NCBI RefSeq assembly: GCF_006345805.1
Contig: NC_043012.1
Location: 37,510,001-37,574,000, forward strand
Direction: 5' to 3'
DNA: 64,000 nt
DNA from: Octopus sinensis
Taxonomy: Eukaryota
The notes below the pieces were generated by a model. It did not search any database. It had not been told where the DNA came from and saw only the letters and a list, made by a program, of their open reading frames with translations. Shown piece by piece: positions 40,268 to 54,206 of the stretch (the stretch's first letter is position 1; the number at the start of each line of letters is the position of its first letter). A program made the position numbers and the translations under genes.

Positions 40268-40475
40268 TTAATCCAAGCACGAAAGCACAAAGAGAAAACA
40301 CAACAACGCGAGGACGTGGAACAAGTATAGTGTTATTGGACGCTCAGGAAAGGAAAGAAAGAAGGAGGATGTAATGTTTCGAGCGGACCTCTTCGTCAGA
40401 AACATAGGAAAAGGAAAGGTACAAGGTAGGGAAGACGGAGAAAGAAAATCGCCAACGGTACACACGTGGTCACGT
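40268..40475. repeat. Interspersed repeat family C (hammerhead-like motif, minus strand, about 40367-40403)
   Basis: Homologous to 59008-59220; minus strand gttt-CTGACGA-a-gag-gtccg-ctc-GAAAC-att. Confidence 0.75.
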
Positions 40476-41086
40476 CGTGTATGTATGTGTAGTCTTGTGA
40501 ATGTACGTCGGTGTTGAGGCGAACGATATCATTTGCACAATATTTTCTTATCGCCTACAAAAATTTGCCTTTTAATGTTTCGTCATTAAACATAAGAGTT
40601 CACACGAACTGTCGAGGTGACTATTAGAAAACTATCTAAAGATACCATACACAGAAGACCCCGCCACCACACCGCCACGCCAATCCTTCATGCACGCGCG
40701 CATACACAAATGCACACACACACACACACACATGCATCTATATCTGTGTGTGTGTGGGGGGGAGGGTGCGCGAGTATATATAATAGACACATGTGTCTAA
40801 ATATGTTATGTATATACATTTATATATCTTTTACTTGTTTTGAGTCGTTGGACTGCGGCCATACTGCAGCACCGCTTCCAAGAGTTTTAGTCGGACGAAT
40901 CGGCCCCAGGACTTATTTTTGATGCCTGGTGCTTACACTAAGGGTTTCTTTTGCCAAACGGTGATGGGGGAAAACGCAGACAATGTCACACACACGTATA
41001 CACATACACACATATAAACATACACACACATGTACACACACACACACACACACGAGCGGTTTCTTCCAGTTTGGTCCACGACATCT

Positions 41087-41186
41087 NNNNNNNNNNNNNN
41101 NNNNNNNNNNNNNNNNNNNNNNNNNNNNNNNNNNNNNNNNNNNNNNNNNNNNNNNNNNNNNNNNNNNNNNNNNNNNNNNNNNNNNN
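41087..41186. other. Assembly gap (100 N, probably a placeholder of unknown size)
   Basis: Run of N. The flanks are unrelated repeats (S1 SINE on the left, RTE fragment on the right). Confidence 1.
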
Positions 41187-41470
41187 CCCACTACTGACTT
41201 GGTCACCTAGATAACGAAGCTATCAACTACTTCTAGTTTTTCCTCTTGGAAAGTGACTGAAGTTATTTTCTGCAGATTTTCGGAGTTAATGCTCCTGAGC
41301 ATCTGCCACATACAAAAACTATCTTCCCAGTTAGCCTACCTTTGACATTGCTGCACCTCTTATGTGTCCATAGCTTACACTGGGTACATCTTATAGAGTT
41401 TCTACCTACACCTTTTCTACAGATCGAGCAGGGCCATCTTCCTGAAGACATTTGTGGATTGTCTACCTTC
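41187..41470 (-). mobile_element. RTE-clade LINE fragment with C4HC3 (PHD-type) finger, cut by the gap
   Basis: SGRWPCSICRKGVGRNSIRCTQCKLWTHKRCSNVKGRLTGKIVFVCGRC; homologous to 45990-46140. Confidence 0.8.
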
Positions 41471-41509
41471 CTACTTATTAGTTCCTACTTATATATATAT
41501 ATATATATC

Positions 41510-41541
<32 letters not shown>

Positions 41542-41564
41542 CTACATATATATATATATATATG

Positions 41565-41614
<50 letters not shown>

Positions 41615-43252
41615 AGACAAATAGAGCGGGAGAGAGAAAAGAAAATGAGAGTAATTTGATGATACTCCATTAAGTGTTACATACTTTTCAATGCTTCACA
41701 ACACGACTTCATACTGCAGATGCAACCAGTAGATGCCGCTTATAGGGCCAGTATGAAGCAAAGATATCGATCATCAGATAGTCAAAAAACATACACCACG
41801 CTGGCACTCTATGCTACAACTACTGCCTGCATCTATTGTGTAACATCATGCATTGCTGAAACATATGTAACAATGGAAATAAAGGAGGACCAAGTCAATG
41901 TGCCATGTTCTTTTCTCTTATTAGTGCTGTGCTCTTTGTATTACATCATAGCCTACCATCAGATATAGCCAGCCTGTGTGCGCAAGCAACAGTGGAGTTT
42001 AACATGATTAACATTAGAGCTAAGTTTGTAAGATAATTAATCCTTTCTATTACGGGCACAAGACCTGAAATTATGGGTAAGGGAGCTATTCAATTACACC
42101 AATCACAGTGGTCAACTGCTACTTACTTTATCAACTCCAAAGGGGCAAAAGACAAAGAGGACCTCAGAAAGATAAGACCGGAAGAAATGTCAGTAGGCAT
42201 TTTGTCTACCAGACCACCACCTTGATTTGCACAATAATTAATAAGATTTAATTTATTCTATGGCAAGAAAAGCACAACCGATAAAGTGAAGAAGCAGTTT
42301 TTATTTCAAACCTTAAGCAAGTGTGCTCTACCAAAACCTTGGGTCAACTCAAAATCATATGAATGACATTGAATGGAGAGAGAGTGTGTGGAAACCAGTC
42401 AAGTATACTTATATCTCTTAATCCAGTTTAATACCATGGCTCAGATTAACCCTTTAGTCACTATGCTTCTTATGAAATACACTACCTTGTTTCAATTTAT
42501 CATCACCATCACCATCATCGTTATTATTTAATGTTTGTTTTCCATCCTGGCATGTGTAAATTGATTTTAATTTTGATAATAACAAACATTTTAGGCCTTT
42601 TGTTACCATATTTCTGTTGAAATACAAATACACTCCATTTCAAGTAATTTCAAAACTAATGAAGAATTAGTCAAATAACTTGGTCCTTAAGCTTCGTTTG
42701 GAACATAAATTAACATGAAATTTTGATGGAAGGTTTGAATTTTGATCGCTTTAACACAGAAAGGTTGTATCCATTGACTACAAGGGGCAGCTCCATACAA
42801 TTTGTTTCAAAAGGGTTTAAAGGAACGAAAAATACATTAACCTTCCACATTTTCTCTATGCTACCTTCTCTGCTTTTTCGCATTTTTTCTCTTACTCAAT
42901 TTTTTTTTGTTCATTATGATATGTGGTTTGTGCCTAATGAATGTGTTTGAGATATTTCTCAACTTATGAAACTATTAATAGCACTTAAAGACATGTATTG
43001 CGTCCTTTAAATAAATTATATTTATCTCTCACCAGATGGAGTACTTTTTATGTTAATCTTTCTATCATATATATATATATATATATATATGCAATGGCCT
43101 TCTTTCAGTTTCCGTCTACCAAATCCAACCACAAAGCTTTGGCCAGCCCAAGGCTATAAGCAGAAGACACTTGCCCAAGGTGCGATGCAGTGGAACTGAA
43201 CCCAAATCAAAGTGGTGCGAAGCAAGCTTCTTACCACACAGCCACCCCCTCA

Positions 43253-43319
<67 letters not shown>

Positions 43320-43684
43320 GGAGTTAACCGCAGTGTTATTCAAATTCTTTTACTTACAACATGTTTCAAAGTTATCACTGGTATTATTCCAAAGAGAAGA
43401 TTACGTTGTTTTACACCAATTCATTCCTTTGGAATAATACCAGTGATATCTTCAAAACATGTGTCGGAAGTAAAAGTATTTAAATAACACCTGCATTTAA
43501 CTTTATTTATTTATTTATTTATATATATTATACAAAATATTTCACGTAGACCCAGAATTTCTACTTTTAAAAACAAGGAGTTGCACCCTTTTTACTTGTG
43601 TGATTTTTTGCTATCCTGGTAACTGTTTATATATTTTTTCTGTGTTAATTGTTAACAAGGGAAAAATACATACATCTATTTATT

Positions 43685-43790
<106 letters not shown>

Positions 43791-44751
43791 TTTATATATA
43801 TATATATATATAATATATAGACACATTTATTTATTTACAGAAATAAGTGTCATTATTAAGCTGCTATTTAGAGCATAAATTAAGATGACATTTTGATGTG
43901 TTTCATTTAGATCGGTTTAAAACAAAAAATTTTGTATCATAGAACCAGAAGAATTCTCAGACAGGTTGATATCAAAAGGGTTAACATCACCATCACCTCA
44001 CCACCACCCTGCTGCATTGGCTCTGCATTTCTTTAGCAGAAATCATTCAAAGTCTGTAATCTTAGGCAATTACATTCCTCTCACCCAACCCAACCGCCAG
44101 GGTTAAGGGACCCTCAAGGATTCATACCTCCACTGAAGAAACCATAAAATTTTTGTTTTATATAAGTTGAAAGGAAAAACTAGGGCACAGGTTAAAGTCC
44201 TTCACTCTAACTTTGTTAAGGCTTTTAATAACAACATAATCATGTTTCTTAGGTAACTGTATTATTTGCCAAACTAAACCAACATTTAACTCCCATTTCA
44301 TGTCTTTCCAACTAACAACAACAACAACAACAACAACAACAACCACCACCACCGCTGCCACCACCACTACCACTACAATCACTATCACAACCACCATAAC
44401 CATCATCATAAGGAAGAAAACAAAAACTATTTAGAAACAATAAAAAGGGAACAAAAATAATTGTTTTAAGGTTCATGGGAGTGTAGATAGGTGGGGGATG
44501 TGTGTGAGAGGGTAAGGTGGGATGTGTGTAAGCAGTGGGAGATGGGGGGGTTGGATTATTGACTTTTTATTTGGGTCAGGTGTTAAACAGAAATCAAAGG
44601 GGCAATGAGGACAGTAAGAATGAGGAAGGTAGATAAACTGATAGGTAGATAGGAAGGTAGGTAGACAGGCAGACAGCTACATAGCGAGATAGATTATGAA
44701 GGACACAAATATATATATATGTATATATATACACACACACACTAATGCATG

Positions 44752-44787
<36 letters not shown>

Positions 44788-44825
44788 GTATATATACACA
44801 TACATACATACATATGCATATATAT

Positions 44826-46140
44826 ATCATCATTGTTTAACATCTGTTTTCCGCGCTAGCACGGGTTGGCCGGTTTGACCTGGGTCTGGGAAGCCAGGTG
44901 CTGCACCAGGCTCCAGTCTGATCTGGCAGTGTTTCTACAGCTGGATGCCCTTCCTAACGCCAACCACTCCGCAAGTGTAGTGGGTGCTTTTTACGTGCCA
45001 CCGGCACAGGTGCCAGGGGAGTCTGGCATCAGCCACGATCGGTTGGTGTTTTTAATGTGCCACCGGCACGGAAGCCAGTCAAGGCGGCACTGGCATTGCC
45101 CACGTTCAGATGGTGCTTTTTATGTGCCACCGAAACAGAAACCTGTCGAGGCGGCGCTGGCATCGGCCACGTTTGGATGGTGCTTTTTATGTGCCACCAG
45201 CAGAGGTATCACAACTACTATTTCCATTGATATTTATTTCGATGTTCATGTACTTGACTCAATAGGTCTCCTCAAGCACAGCGGGATGTTCTGGTATCCA
45301 AGGTACTTTGAATGGGCAGGGGCTATGTGGGACTGGTGCAGGAAGCAGCCTGGGTCTTTGCAGTCACAGCATATCTCCAGAGATCTCGGTCCTTCGTCAT
45401 TGCCTCTGTGAGGCCCAACGTTCTGAGGTCATGCTTGTCTACCTCATCCCATGTCTTCCTGGGTCTACCTCTCCCCCTGATACCTTCAACTGTTTGGGAG
45501 CGGCACTTCTTCACACATCTCTCCTCATCCATCCGTAGTACATGACCATACCATCACAAGCGTCGCTCTTGCACACCACATCTGATGCTTCTTATGTCCA
45601 GCATTTCTCTCAGGGTGCTTACCCTCTGTCGTGCGCGCACACTGACATTACACATCCAGCGGATCATGCTAGCTTCTTTCCTTTCAAGTCTACGCATGTC
45701 CTCTGTAGTCACAGCCCATGTTTCACTATCGTGAAGCATGGCAGTTCGCACACATGCATCATACAATCTACCTTTCACTCTGAGCGAGAGACCCTTTGTC
45801 GCCAGTAGGGGTAGGAGCTTTCTAAACTTTGCCCAGGCTATTTGTATTCTAGTGGTGACACTCTCTGAGCATCCACCTCCACTACTAACTTGGTCACCCA
45901 GGTAGCGGAAACTATCAACTACTTCTAGTTTCTCCTCCTGGAGTGTGATGGAATCTGTTTTCTGAGTATCTGTGGTATCTATTGTCCCTGTGCATCTGCC
46001 GGACATGAAAGCTATCTTATCAGTTAATTTCCCTTTGATGTTGCTGCACCTCTTATGCGTCTATAGCTTACACTGGGTACATCTTATGGCGTTTCTACCT
46101 ACACCTTTCCTACAGATCGAGCAGGGCCACCTGCCCGAGG
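44826..46140 (-). mobile_element. 5'-truncated RTE-clade LINE (finger, end of RT, thumb, 3' UTR with subrepeats, (GAT)n tail)
   Basis: LEVVDSFRYLG..RIQIAWAKFRKLLPLL..KGRLYDACVRTAMLH.SETW..ERRL, then GRGRPRKTWDEV..DRDLWR. The 3' UTR has repeated ggtgctttttacgtgccacc units. Confidence 0.9.
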
Positions 46141-48241
46141 GTGTGTGTGCTGAGTTCATATATACATACATATGCATATATATATTTACACACACATCAT
46201 CATCATTTAATGTTCATTTTCCATGCTGGCATAAGCTGGACAGTCCGACAGGATGTGACCAGCTGAAGGACTGGTTTGACATGGTTTCTACGGTCGGATG
46301 CCCTTCCTAATGCCAACCACTTTACAGAGTGCACTGGGTACTTTTACGTAATTACCAAAGATTACATACATGTATAATTTATTATTTATTATTATTTAGT
46401 GGGAGAAAGACAAGCAGCAGCAGCCAAGAAAGATCTTTGTAGGGTTTCCCAGATTGGTCATGTCATGTATGGGCTGGTCTGAATTTCTAAAACTCCACTG
46501 CAGCAGGTAAAACAGAGATAGTGTGGACTGATTGTGGTAAAAAGTATTAAATATGTATATGTACAAGGTGTGTATAACAGGATATGTGTATCCATAAGAT
46601 ATGTATAACACTTGTGTAATTGTGTTGTTGAAGGAGGCTATGGCGTTATGTCATCACTGGAAGATACTTTTCAAGTCTCTGCATAAGCCATACCTGTGTA
46701 ACAGGTGTCCATGTCACATGCAGAGTACAGCTGTGTGTAAAAGGTTAAGGACAAGTGAAGGGCAGTACCTAATAATGTAAAGAAGGAACAGAGTGGAAGA
46801 TGTGACTCAACTTTGTGGTGGGCCAAAATTGATGGAAGGTAGGTGAGGGAAAGACCTGTCAATGACTGCTGGGATGAAGCAAGAGATAAATAAGCAGAGG
46901 TTAATTTAGTTAGGTCATAACACATGGTTGGCATTAATGAAAACAAGTGTTCATTTTTTATACAGATGGTCTACAGAAGTTATTTCAGGATTTCTAACAT
47001 TGTAACAAGGTCACAAATCTGTAATGTTGTCAATAAATGATAAAGGTCGCCCTTTTCAAGCCTAGCCAAGCTTATGGGCCCATTTTCCTGGTTTCGGTGA
47101 CATATGTGTTCTCCCCAGTTGGACAGGATGCCAGTCCATCACAGCGTTACTCAAGAAACAGGAAGAGAGCATGAAAGAAAGTTGTGGCGAAAGAGTACAA
47201 CAGGGTACACCACCCTCTGCTGGAGCCTCGTGCAGCTTTTAGGTGTTTTTGCTCAATAAACACACACAATGCCCAGTCTGGGAATCGAAACCGTCATCCT
47301 CCAACTGCGATTCCGCTGCCCTAACTACTGAGCCATTGCACTTCCACAATGTTGGCAATAATCTGATTAAATTGAAATCTCACACAAATAAATGCCTGGT
47401 TCATATTTTATCAATCCTAACATGATGAAAGGTAAAGTCAGCTCTTGTGCGATTTCAACTCAGAATGTTGAGAGATGAAATTATATATGCATTGAGCATA
47501 GCACTTTACTGTTTTGGCTTCGAGATCATTCAACATTTCTCTGCCATCCATTTCTCAAGCGTCAATAAAATAAATACCAGTAATGCACTGACACTAACAG
47601 ATTTGACAATTGTGCACCTGGGCCTATCTTACAACTCATTAATATTATTATTAAGTGAAAGAACAGCGCATGCTATCTAAGTGATGCTAGAGTACAAATA
47701 TACAAAGCCCAATATACCCATCGTGACTACCTGTCAAAGAAGGGTTCACAAGCCATATGTATGACAACCATATGTGCGCAACATGATGACCTCATAACAA
47801 GATAAACAGCACATGACTTTGCAGGTGGGGCCCAGTTAGAATTCTCTTCAGGTTGAGGAGCTCAATCATCCTGCTCAAAAGGTCTCTGAATAAGGTTTAA
47901 GGATGATGAACAAAACACCCATGTTTCTAGAAGAGAATTATTCAAACCCCAAAGAATTCCTCTCAACCCATGGCTATGATGCTCCCCCACTACTTCTGCT
48001 CATGATCAGAGATGCACATATCATCAGCCACTAAGGGACATGCTCAACTAGTTATGGTCAAACAAATGTCAAGCAAATCTGAGGTACTGAGCAGAATATT
48101 TCCTATTTCCTGTGGCCCATCTTTTATACCAAGACAAAACAATGCACATGATAACACTTCCAATCAGTTAAGATGAGAAGCCATGAGAGCCACTGCCTGC
48201 ATCAGGGCATTTTCTTCTTCTTCTTCTTATTATTATTATTA

Positions 48242-48527
48242 TTAATATATAAAGGATTGAGGTAACTCCTCCAGAAGATTTAGAGTCAAAATTAGAAGAA
48301 GAGTGCTATTGTCATCTAGTGAACGATATTTGACATCTCGTGTGTCTTCAACAGGTTCAAAAAAACAATTTTGTCAATCTACAAAATTTTGGTTAATATA
48401 TAAAGGATTGAGGTAACTCCTCCAGAAGATATAGAGTCAAAATAAAGTAGATTGACAAAATTATTTTTTGAACCTGTTGAAGACACACAAGATGTCGAAA
48501 TATCGTTCACTAGATGACAATGGCACT
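48242..48527. mobile_element. Penelope-like terminal structure: 51-bp direct repeats interleaved with 81-bp inverted arms carrying a hammerhead-like motif
   Basis: Direct repeats 48242-48292 and 48393-48443; inverted arms 48302-48382 and 48447-48527; motif on the plus strand at 48469-48509. The Penelope assignment is inferred from architecture only. Confidence 0.55.
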
Positions 48528-48541
48528 TCTTTTAAGTTTCA

Positions 48542-48589
<48 letters not shown>

Positions 48590-48639
48590 ACTAAATATTA
48601 GATTGTTGGAAAAAAATCCTAACATCAGGCTACAACGTT

Positions 48640-49036
48640 TAACCTTAGATACCAAGAACCTTTCTAAGTGTCTTAGCTGTCCCTAATAATACTGTTATCT
48701 GGAACTGCACTAAAGTAGGTTGTATGCCTATTTCCTTAATCCATCTGTTGAAATCTTTATTATTGCTAATAAAACTGGGGGATTTTTTTTCTAACTCTTT
48801 GGGCCTAGCATACATAGCAGGCTTGCTGCCTGCAGCCCATGGTACCATGCTATCTGTTCTTTTCAACTAATACTTCCCTGATTATTCTGGTCATGCCAAG
48901 CAGGCAAACATTTTGTAACAGTTCTACGGGGCACTCTATTTTGATTTCCTTTACATTCCCAACGATGCTTTCTGATACTGTCCCCAACGACACAACAAGA
49001 ATTGGCACTGTTTTCACCTCCTTCATTTTCCAAAGC
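48640..49036 (-). mobile_element. Two stacked R4/Dong-like 3'-end fragments
   Basis: LWKMKEVKTVPILVVSLGTVS..LLQNVCLLGMTRIIREVL (about 49036-48860) and FNRWIKEIGIQPTLVQFQITVLLGTAKTLRKVLGI* (about 48790-48645); (ATN)n tracts on both sides. Confidence 0.75.
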
Positions 49037-50773
49037 CATTATAATCATCATCATCACTATCATCATCATCATCATCATCATCATCACTATCATCATCATC
49101 ATTATTATTATTATCATTACTATTATTTGATATGATATTTTTCAAAAATAATTCCTTGCACGGTGGTTTCCAAAAGACCAATCAGTCGTTTGCAGCATTT
49201 ATGAGGTCGAGAAGTTATGAGGCAAAATCAGCACAACTCGGGTGAAACAGCTACCATGCAACCTATTTTTGTTTGAAAGAACCAGTTTATTGATTTTCAT
49301 GCAAATGTTTACCTCTTTCACCACTATATATTGTTAAAAAAGACACATATTACGCACTACATATATTCCCAAATGCAGGTACAACACCAACACTCTAGAC
49401 ACTGGTAGCCTGGAGCCTCTTATACTCCACACTAATTTATAAGCAGGGGCTTTAAATTTCTGTGGCTGCCCGACTAGCCTACCTGAACAGACAAGTAGCT
49501 TGCACAATAAAGTATTAATAAATCTGTACCATTTGTACTAATGTACAAGTACTTGTAGTTCACTTAATCATTTAAACCCATGCCAAACAAACACAGAAGT
49601 ACGGTGCCGGCTTCTGCCTGGCCAGCTCCTCTCAAAATGTCCAACCCATGCCAGCATGGAAGGAGGCGGACGTTAAATGATGATGACGATGGTGATGAGG
49701 ATGACGATGACAATGACGATGGTGATGATGATGATAATGGTAATGATGATAATGATGACGATGACAACGATGGTGATGATGATGACAATAACAATGATGA
49801 CAACAACAACAATGACGACGACAACGATGATGACAATGACGACGATGATGATGATTATTACTTTGTCAAATATATGATGCTTATTTATTCACACAGCTTT
49901 GAAATTAATCATGCATTAAGCTCATGGCTTTGAGGTTTTAATGATGTGATTGCATGTTTCTAAAATAACACTGCCAGGTAGGTGTGAGAGGCTGGATTGG
50001 TCAAGTTTAGCATAAAACAGGTAGAACATGTGTTTCACTCACTAATTTACAAATCAGAACTTCAGATTCCTGTGGCTGTCAAACTAGTGCAGTATTAAAT
50101 AAGTTTGTATCACATGATCACATGACTGACCAGACTATCAGATATTGTGACACGCTGCTGGTCACAATGCACTTTGCATCATTTTGGCCTCTGAATGTCG
50201 CCATCCACCTAGCTAGGTGAGCAAGCTAAGATTCCTTCTTGATCGAAAGGGAGATTGGATCAATGTGAAATAAAGTGTTTCGCTTAACAACACAACTTGC
50301 CACTTGAACTAGAAATTGAACCCATGAGCTAGCAATCCTGAGTGCAACAGCCTAGCCACCAGGCCATGTGCCTTCACAAACTTGTATCATTTACACTAAT
50401 GTACAGGTACCTGTATTTCATTTAGTTACTCGCATAAATTTGATGTTTGTTTAATTTAGTGTATTGCCCAGGTGACCACGCCTAGTTTGGAAAACATGAG
50501 AAATCCAGAAAGGTTTTGGAATCAGATATTCTTTAAAACTGATATTGTATTTGTATATCAGGAAATCAAAGTGTCCAGGAACAGATACATTAAACCATTC
50601 GATAAAATATGTTGCAGTATTTGTTCTGGTTCTTTGTTTCGGAGTTCAAAACCTGTTAAGGTCCATATGGCTCCTCTGGGCCAATAAAAACAGTATCAGA
50701 TTAATGCTGATGCAGCCATCTCTTTCTCCAGCTGTCATCTCCTGGATGTTGTACTCTAGTCAAGTGTAACAAA

Positions 50774-50814
<41 letters not shown>

Positions 50815-52729
50815 CACACCATAAGATTGAGTAAGGATCACCATCATGCAAGAGGTGACTCATCATTTCCAACCTTCCGTGAAAACATGTCTGGTTACTG
50901 GAAAACATCAACTTGCAATGGGAACAGGTGAGTGTTGGCAACAGGAGAAGCACCAAGCCATAGAAAGTTGCTCTCAACAAATCCCATCAGGCTCATACAA
51001 GCATAGAAAGATGGACATTAAATGACAGCGACAATGATGATCACGACAGAGAGAGACAGAAACTCTGCACATTTTCCTCCCACTGAATCCCACTCACAAA
51101 TCACAGGTGAACTCAAGGCTATGTAGAAAATCCTAAGGTACCGTGCACTAAGATCGAACCCAGATCCATGCGGTTCACAAGTAAACGTCAGAACTACACA
51201 ACCTGTCTTGTTATGCTTCACTCGTAAAATCGTTTGCTTTCCTTTTGTTTTCTTTTTTGTTTGTTTCTTTATCTGACATTTGTTGTTTTTTTCTTTTCTT
51301 TTTCTTTACTTTGCCAAAATAACAGAATATTTTTTTCAACCAACTGCAAACAGAGAATGAACTGACTTTCTAAACGTCTTGCCCATTGCTTGCTTGTGGT
51401 ATTAAAGACGTGAAAAGGTGTTAGGCAGAAGTAGCTTGACTTATTCACCAGTAACAGATTTAAACTTCACTCTTGTTTACATTCACTGAAGAACTAACCA
51501 CACCACCGCCTTTCAATCACGTTTATGTAAAGAAGATGAAACACTTGCACAGCATCAAGAAAATCCTCTGTTTGGCTGCAGTCAAGAGAAGAGTGTAAGG
51601 AAATAAACACCTCCGTCTTACTTTAATACCGGTGTCACTAGTATTAGTGTGTGCGTGCGTGTGTGTTTGAGTGAGTACATTTTTACTTTTTGTTGCTGAA
51701 AGGCTATTATCTATTGTTCTATTACCTGTTTCAGTCATTAGATTGCAGCCATGCTGGAGCACCACCTTGAAGGGTTTTAGTTGTACACATCAACTCCAGT
51801 CCTGAAGTTTGTTTCAGTTTTGCCAGGGATGGGTCACTTTGTCTTTTTCTCTTTTAAAGTTTGGTACTTATTCTATTGGTTCCTTTTGCTGAACTGCTAA
51901 GTTATGGGGATCCAAACAAGCTAACAACAGCTGTCAATCAGGGACAGACACAGATACACACACATACACACACCAGTTTTCCAAATGGTTTCCATCTGAC
52001 AAATTCACTGTTATGGCATTAGTGAGCCCAAGCCTATAATAGAAGACATCTGTCCCAAGTGCCACACAGTGGGACTGAACCTGAATCTTCTTAACCACAC
52101 AGCCATACTTACACCTATACTATTGACAATTTACTCCATTAATGGCTAGCACCTACCCTGGTTCTGACTCTGTGTCATCAGTTTGGTCAAGACTGACCGA
52201 AGTCTGAATAACAACAACAACAACAACCATTTTTAACTTTGATACATCATCATCATCATCATCATCGTTGTTTTAATGTCCACTTCTCCATGCTTGCATG
52301 GGTCACGAAGTTTATTGAAGCAGAATTTCTACAGCCTGGCACCATTCTTGTCACTAACCTTTGCCTGTTTCCAAGCAAGGTAACATTTCTCTGTTACTAG
52401 ATATATCTTCAAGATATATAGGAAATGAATGACATTCATTTATAATAATCACATGATGTCAAGATAAGGACACACACACACATGCATATATATATATATT
52501 TATGATAGGCTTCTTTCAGTTTCTATCTATCAAACAAATCCATGCACAAGGCTTTGTAGTTGAAATTATCAATAATAAAAGAATCTATAAATTACATTTC
52601 AATTTTTAAAAATGTATTAAAATTGGAATTTTTGAAAATTTTCTAGACTATAAAGACTTTGATAATTGTTTTGTTTTAGTAAAAGTTACTTTCAACTAAT
52701 TAATAAGCAGCTTCTTTCATTGTTGTATA

Positions 52730-53274
52730 CAGGGTTACCCAAAAGGACTGAAACGATTTCATTACACAATATTTTTAATAAGGAAAAGCAATAGAAAACT
52801 CCAGCTAAGTCACAAGTATTGACTCACAATCAACTTTTATTTCCTGTCATATAAGTTTTCAATGTGGCCACCACCTGCAGCACAGACAAAATCGATGCAA
52901 TAAGAGAATTCCTCCCAGACGCTTGGTCTGCGAGATCACTAGAATACACGGTGTGTTATGTTTTCCAGTAGGGATTATGTAAAAGATTGCGTTTATGCTC
53001 CACCACTACCCACTAACTTTGATGACTTTAAACAGCGAATAACATCAGCGATCAACTCAGTGGATCATGATATGCTGATACACATCTGGAAGGAATTCTC
53101 TTATTGCATCGATATATGCCCGTGCTGCATGTGATGGCAACATTGAACACTTGTAAGACAAGAACTAAAAGTTGATTGGAAGTAAATACTTGTGACTTAG
53201 CTGGAGTTTTCTATTGTTTTTCCTTATCAAAATATTGTGTAATGAAATCAGTTCATTCTTTTTGAATAATCCTG
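52730..53274. mobile_element. Non-autonomous Tc1/mariner-superfamily element with about 195-bp inverted arms and TA target duplication
   Basis: ta|cagggttacc... and ...aatcctg|ta. The internal plus-strand remnant YVKDCVYAPPLPTNFDDFKQRITSAINSVDHDMLIHIWKEFSYCIDIC..GNIEHL* resembles a Tc1/Tc3-type transposase C-terminus. Confidence 0.85.
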
Positions 53275-53704
53275 TATATAGATGACTTACTCTCCAATGC
53301 CAAGAGCAATAAGCTTTACTGATACACACAACATGTAAGAAAATCCATTAATCTAATATGAACACTTTTCATCTTCAATCAGCTCAATTTAAGTCGACTT
53401 GGGGTTAAAGAATGACAGCAGCAGCAACATTTAAAGTATCAACTTATCATCCATGTAACTTTTTAGTTCCAAACAAGTTAGTTTGGGTGATCGGCAGAAA
53501 ATGTAAAATGATTGATTTTAGCCAAAACCATACACACATCAACATCATTATTATACAGTGACATTTTTTTCCTGCTCCTGAGGAGCAGGGTTACGTCCAT
53601 CATCACACTCCACACACACACACTGGACCTTCTCCTAAAAGACAAACGTGCCAAAGCCCAAATTATGCAAACAGCTCAGTAGCAAACCTGAATAACTTGA
53701 TCAA

Positions 53705-53738
<34 letters not shown>

Positions 53739-53864
53739 GGTGGTGGTGGCAGCGTTCCCAGCAACTCGGTCAACTGGATGCCTGAATTTACTCTCCTACC
53801 AAATGGTAAAAGTGTATGCACATGTGTGTGTGTGTGTGTGTATGCACATGCATTTGTGTGTACA

Positions 53865-53945
<81 letters not shown>

Positions 53946-54159
53946 AGGTAGGGAAAGAGAAGAGAAATGACATCCGTTTGTTTCTGATTCCTCCACCTCT
54001 CTGACAAGAGAGAAAGAGAAAGAAAGAGAGAGAGTGAGTGGTAGAGAAAACAAATCAGAAATTTTCTCTCTTTTTTAACTAAAGAGTTCCACAAACAGAA
54101 GATGTGACATGAGAAAGTGTGAATATCTAACATGATCTGACCTCCTTTTTAAATATCAA

Positions 54160-54206
<47 letters not shown>

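Noticed and set aside
41720-41968. 82-aa ORF after ctgcag|ATG
   Set aside because: No recognisable homology or donor; could be UTR or chance.
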